Source of the DNA: Octopus vulgaris | Lineage: Eukaryota | Direction of reading: 5' to 3' | Length of the DNA stretch: 64,000 nucleotides | Assembly: GCA_951406725.2 (NCBI GenBank) | Contig: OX597819.1 | Span: 80,290,001 to 80,354,000 of the forward strand | Shown: positions 1-14,724 of the stretch, piece after piece | Numbering within the stretch: position 1 is the first letter of the stretch | How the letters are laid out: every line of letters begins with the position of its first letter | The notes under the pieces: model-generated | The model's database searches: none | Told to the model about the DNA's origin: nothing | What the model saw: the letters and a program-made list of their open reading frames with translations, nothing else | Made by a program: the position numbers and the translations under genes

Positions 1-322
1 TTCAACAAAATGAAAACTCTGATACGTATAATATTAATTGTATTGCATTTATTTGAATTGTTATTTAATTCTATTACATAGATTAGATATTATGATATTG
101 CTCATAATATCTACAATCTACAGTACACAGACGCATACGCATGCCTGTTCTCACCCTCTTACATTCGTTTATGAGACCGAGAATGATGTTAAAGACAGAA
201 GCTCATGCTACGTTGATGGACTGAACTGGGAATCACCTAGTTAATAGCGGATTTTTCAATACACACGCACACGAGCGCCAACCAAACAGATGTATCCATA
301 CGCATACACACACACACACGCA

Positions 323-540
323 TACGAAGGGTTGCTTAAAAATTCCAGACTTTAAGGTTATTGCGAAATACTTGGCTAGGGCCCAACCTTCCGAGTCCTT
401 TTACGGAACTTAGAAAAACTGAAGGACCGCTGAAATAAGTGCGTGAACCTGAGAGGAGAATATGTTGAATAAAATCATAATTAACTGATCCTCCTTTATT
501 TTCTTTTACCCAAAGCCAATAACGTTTAGCACTCCTCGAA
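323..540 (+). mobile_element. Mariner-derived MITE (internally deleted)
   Basis: Starts TACGAAGGGTTGCT and ends AGCACTCCTCGAA (imperfect TIRs). Internal AAGTGCGTGAACCTGAGAGGAGAATATGTTGAATAA reads KCVNLRGEYVE*, a mariner transposase C-terminus. Homologous copy at about 18880-19095. Confidence 0.75.
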
Positions 541-1019
541 TGTCTATATATGAATAATAGGAAATGCATGCATTGAGTAACATGTTTTATTACATAATAC
601 TACAATTGTTTCACCGCCGATTCACCAGTAGAAACATTGCTGAAACATTATGGTAAATATAAACTAAAACATTTTAAATAAGAACCTGTCATGAACTGGA
701 GTGGATGTAATCGACTTTCCCCTGCCCCAAAATATGCAACACTGGTGAATTGCCCTGTTTTCAGGCGACACCTAAAGAGACGAATATCACAGAATTCCAG
801 ATGTATATCCAATTATTTGATTGACCTCATAGCATTTGTTAACCGATGCCTGTAGACGAGCTTTGTAAAGCAAGCTACGTATATACCCAAATTGAATATA
901 TATACAACCATTCTGTATTATTTTCCATTACGTTTTTCTTGGATTAAGGTGAAGAGCTAGGAATACAAAGGACAGAGCGAAGAAACATCTCTCTCTCTCT
1001 CTCTCTCTCTCACTCTCTC

Positions 1020-1109
<90 letters not shown>

Positions 1110-1111
1110 TG

Positions 1112-1189
<78 letters not shown>

Positions 1190-1217
1190 AATATATATAA
1201 ATATATATATATATATA

Positions 1218-2175
1218 TAGGAATCTTAACGGACGGGAGATTTAGGCCAAAGACACGATACATGGTATATTTGCAGCTGATTTTCTCGTCAAAAATACCA
1301 TAGTAGTTTCGCTCTATTTACCATTCCATTTGGGAGGCGCCAGAGCTATACAATTCTAGGAAAATGGCATGCGAATGTATACAAGAACAGAAACAAATAA
1401 GACATTATATAAATACAACAAATAAAGAATTATGCATATATAACAGAACGAAGCCTTGCAGCTATACAACAAAGGAAAAGAATAATTATACTTATACTAA
1501 AAATACAACAGAAAGAGCTTTTCAACTATCGAACGAACTTAGTTGGGTGGCGCAAAGATGAAATGGAGACAGTCCTAGGGGACATAGAATGGGCCCAGAC
1601 CAGCATAACCAGTCTGATCAGGAGCAGACTGAAAAAGAACAACACCGCCTTGGCCGGACACCACTCACGTGGTAGGTGAGAGGAAATGTTGTAGAGAGCA
1701 GAGGAACTAAGGAAGGAGAGAGGGAAAGAAATGGAGACAGAAAGAGAGAACAAAAGAGCAGAGGGACCGGAGAATAAAAAAGAGAGAAAGAGAGAGAGGG
1801 AGAGAGAGAGTAAAGGTATAAGTGAGGTAAGCAAGACGGAAAGAGGTAGAGTAAGAGTGTAGATGGAAAGAGATAGAGTAAGAGTGTAGATGGAAAGAGA
1901 TAGAGTAAGAGTAGAGATGGAAAGAGAGTAAAACTCGCAGAATAAATATTCAAAGAATATTTTTTACAATAAAGTAACAAACACGGATATATCAAGGGTT
2001 AAATAGAACACAAGGAGAAAAAATTAGACGAAGACGGGCAAACGAAAAAATCAGACGTAAACTTAACGAACGGGAAATTTAGGCAAAAACAAGATATACA
2101 GAATATTAGCAGCTGATTTCTTCGTCAGTTAATGATCCAAAATATCATAGTGGTTTCGTGCCATTTACCATTACA
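1218..2175 (-). mobile_element. Non-coding element with diverged ~110-bp direct terminal repeats next to (TA)n (pLTR-like)
   Basis: 1225-1330 and 2061-2175 are diverged direct repeats (CTTAACG.ACGGGA.ATTTAGGC...GCAGCTGATTT...TCGTCA...CATAGT.GTTTCG...ATTTACCATT). Internal GCCGGACACC...TCACGTGG is shared with 60299-60320. Confidence 0.5.
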
Positions 2176-2595
2176 CATGCACACACACATCCATAAGCAT
2201 TCATATACATATGCGTGTATGTATGTCTCACATTCTCTCTGTATACGTGCATTTATACATTCATATACATATGCGTGTATGTATGTCTCACATTCTCTCT
2301 GTATACGTGCATTTATACATTTACACACCCACACATTTGTAATTAATAACAAAGCATAAAAAAACACAAAAAACAAATTAGGCCATCCAGCACAGTACTA
2401 ACCAAATTCATGACTGCTGTATAAGTATCTGATTTGTGCTTTTGGTTAGTCAAGGAAGCCGGGAACGTCTTCTCTGAGAAGTGGTCAAATTACTCGAGCA
2501 GCATTTTCATTTTACGTAAATGCTTATATATCCGCACTCTTAACTCCTTCATGACTGACTCAGTGGAAATTTCAGGATGTGACAGATGAAGATAA

Positions 2596-2631
<36 letters not shown>

Positions 2632-2837
2632 AAGGAGGCCTACACACACCATTTGGTTGGTACTCATGAGAGCTGAGTAAACTGGAGCTCGCTCAAGAAC
2701 ACCCCCACTTCGTGCAGATATTGAAACCATTATCTTACAATTATTATCTCTTAAACGTTTACCATAAGATCATGCGCTTTCATTGATATGTATGTATATA
2801 AACAACGATTCATATATACATACACTCACACATATTA

Positions 2838-2947
<110 letters not shown>

Positions 2948-3040
2948 CAACAATTGAGGGTAAAATTAATTAATTATTAATCAATTTCACCAAGTGTTCA
3001 GTATGCAAAGGGACCATTTAAGGCGAATTCAAATTATTAC

Positions 3041-3417
3041 ATTATATAAAAGGGCTTAGTAAAATAAATTACTTTGCCGCATACTGAACTCATTAGAAAT
3101 AGCAGCTAAAAAACTTTTTTAAAGCTATTTCTAATACTTAAAGAAAATCTCTCTCATATATAGTGTTTGCTTAATTCAACTCACAAAAGTTTGGGGGTAA
3201 GGACATTAAAAAATCAAATGCTAAGGTTATTCTCAAATAACCTTAGCATTTGATTTTTTAATGTCCTTACCCCAAACTTTTGTGAGTTGAATTAAGCAAA
3301 CACTATATATGAGAGAGATTTTCTTTAAGTATTAGAAATAGCTTTAAAAAAGTTTTTTAGCTGCTATTTCTAATGAGTTCAGTATGCGGCAAAGTAATTT
3401 ATTTTACTAAGCCCTTT

Positions 3418-3425
<8 letters not shown>
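3041..3425. repeat. Near-perfect long inverted repeat (~190-bp arms, 4-nt spacer)
   Basis: 3041-3231 is the reverse complement of 3236-3425 apart from homopolymer-length differences. Spacer CTCA. The element is flanked by (TA)n on both sides. Confidence 0.95.
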
Positions 3426-3459
<34 letters not shown>

Positions 3460-3577
3460 TTTTATCTCCATTCAACAGAATATCCCTCCCCACTTTCTAG
3501 CAGTTCAAAATAACTTAAAGAAAATTCTTCAGTCAGAAGATAAATAAGTATATGTATTGATGGAAAACCTCTATAAA

Positions 3578-3661
3578 TGGCTGATGATTGCTCAACATTT
3601 TAAAACTGTTGAAATACTTAAAGTGTTTAATAAAATGATGTAGCGTGAAACGATCGTACCA
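3578..3661 (+). ncRNA. Type I hammerhead ribozyme motif (Penelope-like type, palindromic stem III)
   Basis: TGG-CTGATGA-[extended stem II with TGCT/AGCG and CATTTTA/TAAAATG]-GAAAC-GATC-GTA-CCA. Intact core boxes, GUA cleavage triplet, inside a (TA)n-flanked ~340-bp island. Confidence 0.75.
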
Positions 3662-3793
3662 AATTACCGAAGATATTCTTGTTGTTTATTTTGATTATAA
3701 TCACCCCATGGATTTATATGAATAACACCGTACAATATTCTGGTGCCTCTGACTTAAGTACCATATTCATTTGAATCTAAATTTTGCTGAAAG

Positions 3794-3825
<32 letters not shown>

Positions 3826-4119
3826 ATAAAAGGACAGAGAATATAAAAACAACATGAAAATGACCAGCTTGTATAAGTATGGCTATAAACTTTGATTATT
3901 AATAGAATATATTAATACAGGAAAATAATAATATAAAGTGAAATGACACTATAAGTGTTTTAAGGACTAAACTGATTTTAATAATTTTCTAATTAAGTTA
4001 ACTTTAAATATTTAAGCTCAGACAATTATTATCAGTTTTTTAAGACCTTGGAGATTATATGACATCAAGTCCTTGATTAATTCTTTTTCAATATTTTATT
4101 ATTTGCATTAATTCTTCTT

Positions 4120-4310
4120 TGACAGAACTGTTATACGAGGACAACAGAATACCTACGGATAATTTCTTCAAAACAACTATCTCCTATCTACCAGTAAAAA
4201 TTGATATGCTTGGTTTAGTGAATAGATGCCTAAGTGACGATCTGAATAAGCTAGGGTTTTCAGAAAAAGAATCAAACAGCTAATTCACACATTACAAATA
4301 TAATGAGTGG
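4120..4310 (+). mobile_element. Degenerate C-terminal fragment of an RLE-type LINE
   Basis: Translates in part to GLVNRCLSDDLNKLGFSEKE, resembling the end of R4-like RLE ORFs. Stops and frameshifts present. Confidence 0.35.
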
Positions 4311-4560
4311 ACACGACATGAACGACATGAACACAGAAGAAATTCCAGAGAGACTATGTTTTGAGAAGGACGGGTTGGCCATTGTAAATCTTCCAGGGTC
4401 TAGGTGTTCGACCCAACAAGGATGATATGAGGTGATTGGACGAGTGAGTTGGCAGTGTCTGAGTTGTGGAGGTATGAGACCAGTCAAATCTGACGAGCAG
4501 ATACCGTTATAAAAAGATATATGGCAATTGGTACCTAAATACAAATGCAAAGTGTTGCCA
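4311..4560 (-). mobile_element. CR1/Jockey-group LINE 3' ORF2 remnant
   Basis: ORF 4272-4616(-) contains FYNGICSSDLTGLIPP...TR...HP...SF, the typical post-RT C-terminal signature of these LINEs. Confidence 0.6.
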
Positions 4561-4985
4561 CGGGTTGATAATCTCAGATTAATGAAATTCTTCAAAACTA
4601 GCATGTCATTTATCATTCAAGTACATGCTCCTATTTATTTCTCTTAGGTAATTTTGGTTTCAAGTATGGAAATTATTTAGGCCATAAAATGTGTTCTTCA
4701 CTTTTTCAGTATATCTGTCTCCCCTGCTGAAAATAAGGTACGAACATGAGGCTACAGGTGCCTTCCTGTCTTCAGACTACCAGACATTCTTTCCCTTATT
4801 AGAATGTCAATTTTAGAGAATTATTGATTTTTGAAATTATCTCACTTTTTCATTTTGGAGTTAGCCCAATTGCCACCAAACGATTGGTCTTACGTCTCAG
4901 ACAATGGAGATAATTCTAATAAATCAGGAATTTATCTTGTTCGCTGTCTAATATACACCTTGTTAGTCTTCGTGATATATATGTT

Positions 4986-5049
<64 letters not shown>

Positions 5050-5652
5050 CAAGAGGCAGTGTTTGTGTGTATATACATACTTGCTTACTCATACACATAC
5101 ATACATACATACAAACATACATACATACATACATACATACATACATACATACATACATACATACATACATACGTAGGTACGTACATACATACATACATAC
5201 ATACATACATACATACATACATACATACATACATACATACATACATACATACATACGTACGTACGTACATACATATGCGACAGCTGTCCACTCGTGAACC
5301 AAGAAGACCATCATTGACCATTAAAAACATTGTGCACCCCGGCACAATTATACTTTAAATAATGAGCCCATCCCTGCATAGACCTACACATCTGCACATA
5401 CGGCAGACCAAAGTTTCCCCATTCATTACACTGGTGATGTGTTTTCGAGCAGCTCTCTTGAGTTCAGCATAAAAAGTGATTGTTTCTTCAAGCATACACA
5501 CTTCCTTTATTTGTTTCATTCATTGATGGCGATGACAAGCATCGCTTCTCTAGAGGATCCTTAGGCTGTCACTATATAGTGAGCTTGCTTGTAGAAAGCG
5601 CCCTCAGAAGAAACAGTGTAAAGTCTTTGCTCGGGACATACAGACAAGCACG

Positions 5653-5691
<39 letters not shown>

Positions 5692-5879
5692 AGACACACA
5701 CACATACACACACACACGAAGACACACACACACACATGCTCATACATACATACATACATACATACATGCATGCATGCATACATACATACATACATACATA
5801 CATACATACATACATACATACATACATACATACATACATACATACATACATAACTAAAGCTATATTTTTGTAACATAAA

Positions 5880-6745
5880 TAACATCAAGAGATAAAACTA
5901 GTCACAACATTCTCACGAGGTATAGGAATGGAGTTTAGACAACATAAATGCTCAGGAAAGATTGTCGACCAGACAGGGAACATGTACACCAAATGATTGC
6001 CTATCTCTTCTATCTCTAATGATGAAAACTGTAAGAACCTTGGAATCGATGAATATGTTGCATGCGTTGATGCTTTAACTAAAGTCAGAATAAAAAAAAG
6101 AGTACTCTGGAACTCAGAGCTGTCTGCACTTTACAAGACCACATCGCACAGTTCTTTTGTAGTGCTAATGCTCTTACTAACATTTGGGATATTAGACTGG
6201 ATACTTGACGATACTCGTAGCCTAGACATCAAAATTAGATAGATACTGACCGCAACGACAGTAGCACCAATAAGATCTTTGTGAAAAGTGAGGACGGTAC
6301 AAGCATAAGATCAGTCCAAACAGCCTTTGAATATCGCATTGTATCACGCAAACAACACCTGCTAATCAGTAAAGAAAGAAACGAGCACATTAAAGTGGGA
6401 GCAACATCTTCAGAATTGGAGAAGAAACACTGAACAGGTACTCTGAGGATACAATCGTCTCATGCAACCAAACGGAAGCTGGACTGGGCTACCTGATCAA
6501 ACGCTTGAGGGAGAAGCAGCATCATATCAGTAATAAGCAATGCGTGGGTACAACTATTATGAGCTAGAAGATAACAACATTGACAAGAAGAGTAGCCTCT
6601 GCTGGACCTGTGATAGGTACATTACATCCCACCTAGAAGGATATGCCTTCCCTATACAGGAACAGGAGATAGTTGCTTAATACCTGATAAACAAGAGATA
6701 TAAAGATATCACCAAACATCAACGCTGTGATAGAAAATGTCGTCA
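5880..6745 (+). mobile_element. Degenerate R4/Dong-type non-LTR retrotransposon fragment (RT C-terminus and downstream region)
   Basis: KNLGIDE...RIKKRVLWNSELSALYK...TFGILDW...SLDIKIR (ORF 5997-6242), followed downstream by ITSHLEGYAFPIQEQEI-like text. Many stops. Confidence 0.7.
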
Positions 6746-7138
<393 letters not shown>

Positions 7139-8406
7139 ATACATAGTACATTCATACATACATACATATGTGTGCGTGTTTGTGTGTATGTATACATAAA
7201 ATAAGGTTCCACCGATGCTTACGTACGTGTTGTTTAATCAAGGTCAAACTTAACGTTCTGTCCAGCGGCCACATACGCTCCAGCCATAGAAATCGCGTCC
7301 ATTTTCCACCACAGTGCATGGAAATGCTACACGATGTCGTGTTTCATACGTTTTTAAAATGATTAGGTGTGACATGAGGGAAATTTGGTTACTCTTTTTA
7401 GCAGGTCCAGCAACACATCATAGAGGTTCCCTTTCATTAACAATGCTCCTTCTAAACTATGATTAGAGTACTTTTTTAATGATTTCCTTATAACAACAGA
7501 TGCAATTCAGTAACCGAGGTTTCTGTCTGACTTTACTATCACGCCAGTCAGTCAGTCGCCGAGAAGACAGTATTCCTATAAACAAGATTATCAGAAGGTC
7601 ACAATTTGATTCTCACACGAGGCAGTTTAAACAGATATACTTAATCATAACACACAAAGGAACTGACGAACACTCACAACAACAGCCACGACAGCAACGA
7701 AAACTTGAGTAGCTGATATCCATCACGAAACATCTACCAGTCAATAATACATTGAGTGATTCGGAGGTCACGGGGTTCGATTTCCACACGAAGAAATATG
7801 TAAACTCTTTGGTTTATTAGCACTAATAAACACACTAACGGCATAACAAAACAAAAACGTCCGTACTCATCACGAAAAACGAAAATTCATATCAATACAA
7901 TGAGTGATCTAAGAGATCAAGAGTTCTATTTCATGCAAAGCGAATCGACCAGTTACATTAATTGATTTGATAATACTAATAACACAATTTTCATAACATA
8001 TACGTGGCAAGACGAAACTATAAAAACATAAAAATAAACATAATAATAAAAAAAAAAAAAGCTCACAAAAATCACCAACGCCAACGATAAAATACTGGGT
8101 TTTCTCGGGAAAGTGGGTTGGCGATAAGCAAGTAAAGCGTAGGACAAATTTGAAGAATGTAGTTTAGTGTCTGAAGGAAATGATAAGCGGATGTAGAGAG
8201 CAGTAAAAAGACCCAACGTAATGACAGAAGAGTAGATGTTGAGATTTATTGAGGGCTACAGATATGAATACATAAATATGATTTGATTACTATAAATAAA
8301 TATCTCCTATATTTCCACTGTTTGTCATTTTTTGCGTGCTACATTGATCAGCAAAATATACGTACATGTGTGTGTGTGTACATGAATACATATACATACA
8401 TATGTG

Positions 8407-8456
<50 letters not shown>

Positions 8457-8465
8457 TACAAATAT

Positions 8466-8512
<47 letters not shown>

Positions 8513-8528
8513 AATACATCTATGTATT

Positions 8529-8559
<31 letters not shown>

Positions 8560-8915
8560 GAATATATTGAATATACATATGTGTATATATGTATGTATAT
8601 AGATAGGTATGCACACAAAACGTATGTGTCTATGTGTAGTATATATATATATATATATATACATATATATATGCATATGGATATATATTTATATGTCTAT
8701 GTGTGTGTATTTATATATATGTATATACATGCATATACATAAATATATATGTATGTATATGTGTGCGTGTATATATACACAGATACTTACATATATACAT
8801 AGTACTTACTTAAATGCACACACAAATGCTCACATAGAAATATATATTATACTTATATTTATGTATGTACATACACACAGATACACACAAACATATATAT
8901 ATATACAAATATACA

Positions 8916-8955
<40 letters not shown>

Positions 8956-9799
8956 CATACATATACACACACATAGATGCATAATATATGTATGCATGTG
9001 TGTCTTTTGGTATGCGCACCTACGAAACCATATATACAAATGTGTACGTCTACATTTATGTTTTACTGTAGGTTTATATAATCGACAGTGTGAAAAGTTC
9101 ATGTGTCCTTAACTATATGTTTGTGTGTATATATTCTTATATATATATGTGTGTGTGTGTATGAGTGTATGTGTTTGTGTGTGTGTATGAGTGTATGTGT
9201 TTGTGTGTGTGTATGAGTGTATGTGTTTGTGTGTGTGTTGTGCATGCGTGTGTATGTGTGTGAATAATGATGAGGTGTTTGTATCAGTGCATGAGGTCGT
9301 GTTTGTTCGGAGAATTATGTAGATTTAATCGAAAAATGATGTACATGTACAGTGGGGTAGATTCATATGCATTTAATTGGAAAGCAGCAACTCACTCTCT
9401 ATCAAGGTTTACACTGACTCACTTTCCCCTCCCCCCACTTCAACCTTACTGTCTATCTTTCTCTACTGTCCCTCTTCCCCCCCCTCTCTCTCTCTCTCAC
9501 TCTCTCTCACTCTCACTCTCTTCCTTTCTTTGTGATTGGCTCTTATTCTTTACATTTTTTTACTGCCCGCACTCAAATACACACATATATGCTCAGATGG
9601 CTAAGCACATATGTGTGTGGGCGCATGAATACACACACACACACACACACACACACATGCATATACATATATATGTATATATGTATATATGTATGTATAT
9701 ATATATGTGTGTGTTTGTGTGTATTTATACACACACACATATATATATACATATATATATATACATATATATAAATCTATGTATATATATATATGTATT

Positions 9800-9875
<76 letters not shown>

Positions 9876-10439
9876 GTGTGCATATATGTGTGCATATACA
9901 CACATGTATACATATGTATATATATGGTGTGAGAGTGTGAGAGAAAGGAAAATAAGCGCAATCAAAATGGAAAGAAATTGAAAGAAAAATCGCGTCAATG
10001 CAAAGAAACAAATGAAGAAATGAAAAGATCGAAAGAATATAGACAGAATGGAAGAAAGAAACGGAGAAGGAAAGAAACGAAGTAAGATGGAATGAAAGAT
10101 AGAAAGCAAGGAAAAATATAGGAAGAACGACAGCAAGAAAGAAAGAAAGAAAGAAAGAAAGAATGAAAGAAAGAAAGAAGGGAAAAAAGGAAGATGGAAA
10201 GGTAGAGGAATGAAGGAAAATGTGGGTGAACGAGATGTTAAATAATGAGTCAATAAAAAAGCTGAGGGAATGATTGTGCAGTAAAAAAAAAAAACAGGAC
10301 AGGAAGCGTGTGGGTATATGTGAGTGTGAGAAAGAGACAGATATACATTCATACAGGCAGACGAACAGACAGACGGACGGACGGAGAAACAGAGAGTCAA
10401 GGAACGAGATAGAGAAAGAGCACAGAGAGGGGTGATCAA

Positions 10440-10790
10440 TTCTCTTTTTGTGCAGCCTTGCTGGAGGGCCATCTTGAAGGATTTTAGTCGGACAAAGCGT
10501 CTCCAGTACCTATTGTTTTGAAGTCAGGTACCTGTTATGTCGTTCTGCTTAGCTAAACCGTTAAGTGAAGAGAGCATATACAAACTAACACCGGTTTTCA
10601 AGTAATGAAGAGGGGCACACACAAACAGAAAGATGTACACACACACGGACACACACACATACAACATACAACGAGCTTCAAGACGGTTTCCGTTTACCAA
10701 TTTCACCCACTAATCATTGGTCGGCCCTGTACTATAATAGAAGACATTTGGCCAAGGTGCCGTGCTGTGGGGCTAAACCCAAAACCATAC
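10440..10790 (-). mobile_element. Diverged SINE family A copy
   Basis: GAAGACATTTGGCCAAGGTGCCGTGCTGTGGGGCTAAACCC and GTTTCCGTTTACCAA match the family A reverse complement. Confidence 0.65.
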
Positions 10791-11340
10791 CTTTTCAAAG
10801 AGAAGAACTGAGATTAAATTGGAAAGGGAGTTGGATGACAATGGAGAGAAGTTGAGATTTTGAGTGAAGGGGAGAGTTTAGAGTCTGTAGTAAGAACTTG
10901 GATACAGAGTGAATGAGAGGAATATACTGATAGAAAGAAACTGAGATATAGAGAGAGACAGGGGATAGTAATGACAGAGAGACACTTGATTAGAGTGAGA
11001 AAGAAAGAAAGAAAGAAAGAGAGGAAGCGAGAAAGAGAGAGAAAGAGAAAGAGAGAGACAAGGAAAGAAAGAGACCTGACGCCTGTAGACTGGGAGACAG
11101 GCAGAACAATGATAAGAACATAAAAAGAAAAGGGGAGAGAATGGAAGCGGGATAGATTTACTGAGAAACTAAAATGTATGGAGAGACACAGAAAGACGCA
11201 AAGAGTGAGAGAGAGGGAGAGTAAGGAGCATGAGGCTTAAAATATAATAGAGAGTGTGGAAAAGGAGAGATTTACAGAAGGACATATGTATATATGTATA
11301 TAAGACACCAAAAGAGAATGACTCTCCCCTGACACAACAG

Positions 11341-11388
<48 letters not shown>

Positions 11389-11956
11389 GAGAGAAGGGAG
11401 AGAGAGAAAGAAGGAAAAAGAAAGAAAGAAAGTGATTTGGTGAGGTATTTATATGTATATAGAGGAAAAGCAGACATAAGGGAATAAAAATTTGAGAAAA
11501 ATGGAGTAAGGTGTTGAGATGAAGAGTGTTGAGAGAGGTATGGAATTGAGGTAAAGCGCGCGAGAAAGAGAAACAGGAGAGGGACAATGTGTCGTTATGA
11601 TATATAAACTATATTAGAATGAGAGGGAAGAAATGAAAAAAGAATGTTTTGAGAGAAACTGAAATATAGATTAATAGAAAGACACAAGACAGAGAGACAC
11701 GGAAATGTAGTTTGTCGTTACACACAATTGAGAGCAAGAAATAACTGAGAGAACACGATAGATAATGTGTGTATGTGTGTGTATGTGTGTGTAGAGGGAG
11801 AGGGGGGAGAGGGAGAGAGAGAGAGAGAGAGAGAGAGGCTGAGACAAAGAGACAGCGAGAGACAAAGAGTAGAGAAAGAGAGAAAGTAGGGGATATGCTG
11901 AGACAGTCAAATCGAAAGTGGGGACGTTATTGTCGTTAGAGAATATTCGAGGAAAA

Positions 11957-12090
<134 letters not shown>

Positions 12091-12446
12091 AAAATCTGAA
12101 AAGAGATTTGGAGAGGAGTTAAAAGATATATAGAGAGGTTTTAGAGAGAGAGAGAGAGAGAGAGAGGGAGGTGTGGAGAGAAACTCTATAATTTACCAGT
12201 TAACATAGCTCACCAGGTCTCCATCTCGGAAGATATGTTGATGTTGACAGAAAATCAAAGAGGCATTACCATAATTTGTGCATAGCAGATAGTTTTCGCT
12301 TGAACTACACAGAATTCTCGACCCTTTCGTCACTTTTATCATTTATATTGCCCAACTAAATCAGAACTATTTTCGAAAATTGCATCCCCCTTATCTCTCT
12401 CGCCTATCCCCTACTCTATCTATCTATCATTCTAATATGTACACAA

Positions 12447-12568
<122 letters not shown>

Positions 12569-12949
12569 AGGAAGATGGATATGCGCTTGACTATCTTCTT
12601 ATATATCTATGTATCTCAATATCTATATTGCCTAAAGAGATAGCTGACTGTCATTTTATCTATCTATATCTCGATCGATCTACATATCGACCGATCGATC
12701 TATTTATTTAACTACGTATCCGCTTGAATTATACATTACGACACACACATACACACAGACACACACGCACACACACACATATTTATATATTTATTTTTTT
12801 TTGTGTGTGTACTTCCATGTATATATGCACACAACGACGCACACAAATGTCGTTTCATATTTATACGCTTATCTTTCAAAATGCGCGTCAGTCATTGCTA
12901 TCTCTGTGTCTGTCTGTCTGTCTCTCACTTTTCTCTTTCTCTCTCTCTC

Positions 12950-13009
<60 letters not shown>

Positions 13010-13045
13010 TAATTTCCTCCACGTATTCACATTCAAGTATGACTA

Positions 13046-13077
<32 letters not shown>

Positions 13078-13103
13078 CATATATGTATATATATGTATGT
13101 ATG

Positions 13104-13134
<31 letters not shown>

Positions 13135-13158
13135 GTACACACATATATACATATATAC

Positions 13159-13204
<46 letters not shown>

Positions 13205-13404
13205 ATGCATATATATATATGTATATATATATGTGTGTGTATATATATGTCTGTGTGTGTATGCATGAATGTATAGATACACACATACACATATATACAT
13301 ATACATATATATACATATTATATATATATACGCACATATTCATTAATTTATATATAGCTAGATAACATATTTATATAGGAATAGATATGCTTCTATATAT
13401 CTAT

Positions 13405-13440
<36 letters not shown>

Positions 13441-13443
13441 ATA

Positions 13444-13488
<45 letters not shown>

Positions 13489-13576
13489 GTATATATGCAT
13501 ATGTACACATTCATACATGTGTGTATATGTATATGTGAATATATATATGTGTGTGTAAATATATGATATATATATA

Positions 13577-13656
<80 letters not shown>

Positions 13657-13855
13657 CATAGAATTATGCACGAATCTATACGTAAAGAAATATATGACCA
13701 GTATTTTGATAGAAATGCCAACAAACTACGACCTCTCTTACACATATTCACACGCAGGCGCGCGCACACTCGTGCGGTCGAATGTGCACACATTTACGCA
13801 CGTAAACACACATTAAAAACCAAGGCTTACACACACATTCACACACACACACACA

Positions 13856-13897
<42 letters not shown>

Positions 13898-14186
13898 AAT
13901 ACGCAGACACACACACACAAATACGCAGACACACACACACACACACTCCTGCTATACATTCTCACATTTGACACATTCAAATTTACATCGAGATACACTA
14001 ATTTCCCCCAATACCACTTTCTCCAACACTACCACCATCTTCATCACTACAAACAACAATAACAACACCAAGAAATACGACTACATCGTTACCACCATCA
14101 TGTCTATCTCCATCACTACTCCATACTACTTAGCTGTTATTAAATGATTTATAGCCTAATTGCGTATTTGACCATATAAATTCGGA

Positions 14187-14408
14187 CCATCATTTTTGCC
14201 TCCGGGGTCCCCGCCGCCCGGGTGATGTAAGAGGTGAGTAGGAAGGCTTTTCACGGGCGCCAGGCCTTTTTAGCATATAAGCTGAAGGATAGCTGATGGT
14301 GGTGCCGACGCCCCCCTTAGAGTAAGTTTCATTTCTTGCAGACACCTCGACTGATTTTTCTTGAACTTTAACCTCATGCCATAGCCTGCTGTCTTGCTCC
14401 ATCATTTT
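14187..14408. mobile_element. GC-rich ~200-bp insertion bounded by a 10-bp direct repeat (probable TSD)
   Basis: CCATCATTTT occurs at 14187-14196 and 14399-14408, flanking a segment much richer in GC than its surroundings. Confidence 0.5.
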
Positions 14409-14423
14409 ACTTATTTATATTTT

Positions 14424-14467
<44 letters not shown>

Positions 14468-14724
14468 TACTACTTATTGTTTTTCTCATTTTACCCCCTA
14501 CCTACTTTCCCATCCATCTACTCATTCACCCGCTTTGTCCCAGTCTATGTGCGCATCCGTGAGGTGTTTCCTTCTCTTAGTTATCTGCTTAACTGCTTTT
14601 CTCTTTCCCGACCAGTTGCTTCGGTCAAACTGCAGGTGGCGGAATTATTAAGACGTCGAAATAAATGCCTGGCAGTATTTGTTCTGGTTCTTTATATTTT
14701 GAGTTCAAATCTTGTGGTAGACAA

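Noticed and set aside
2198-2320. 60-bp perfect tandem duplication
   Set aside because: An ordinary local duplication of microsatellite-like sequence.
3370-3415. SECIS-like ATGA...AAA motif
   Set aside because: No properly spaced 3' GA quartet or helix, and no selenoprotein ORF.
4700-4745. Possible micro-exon TTTTTCAG|...AAG|GTACGA
   Set aside because: Such signals occur by chance, and there is no supporting gene context.
7715-7945. Two diverged repeats with a B-box-like GGTTCGATT
   Set aside because: Too decayed to classify and most likely old SINE fragments.
12205-12305. Possible minus-strand exon (AG ... CTG|GTGAGC, one open frame [30 protein letters not shown])
   Set aside because: Weak acceptor and no recognisable homology. 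It cannot be supported without RNA data.
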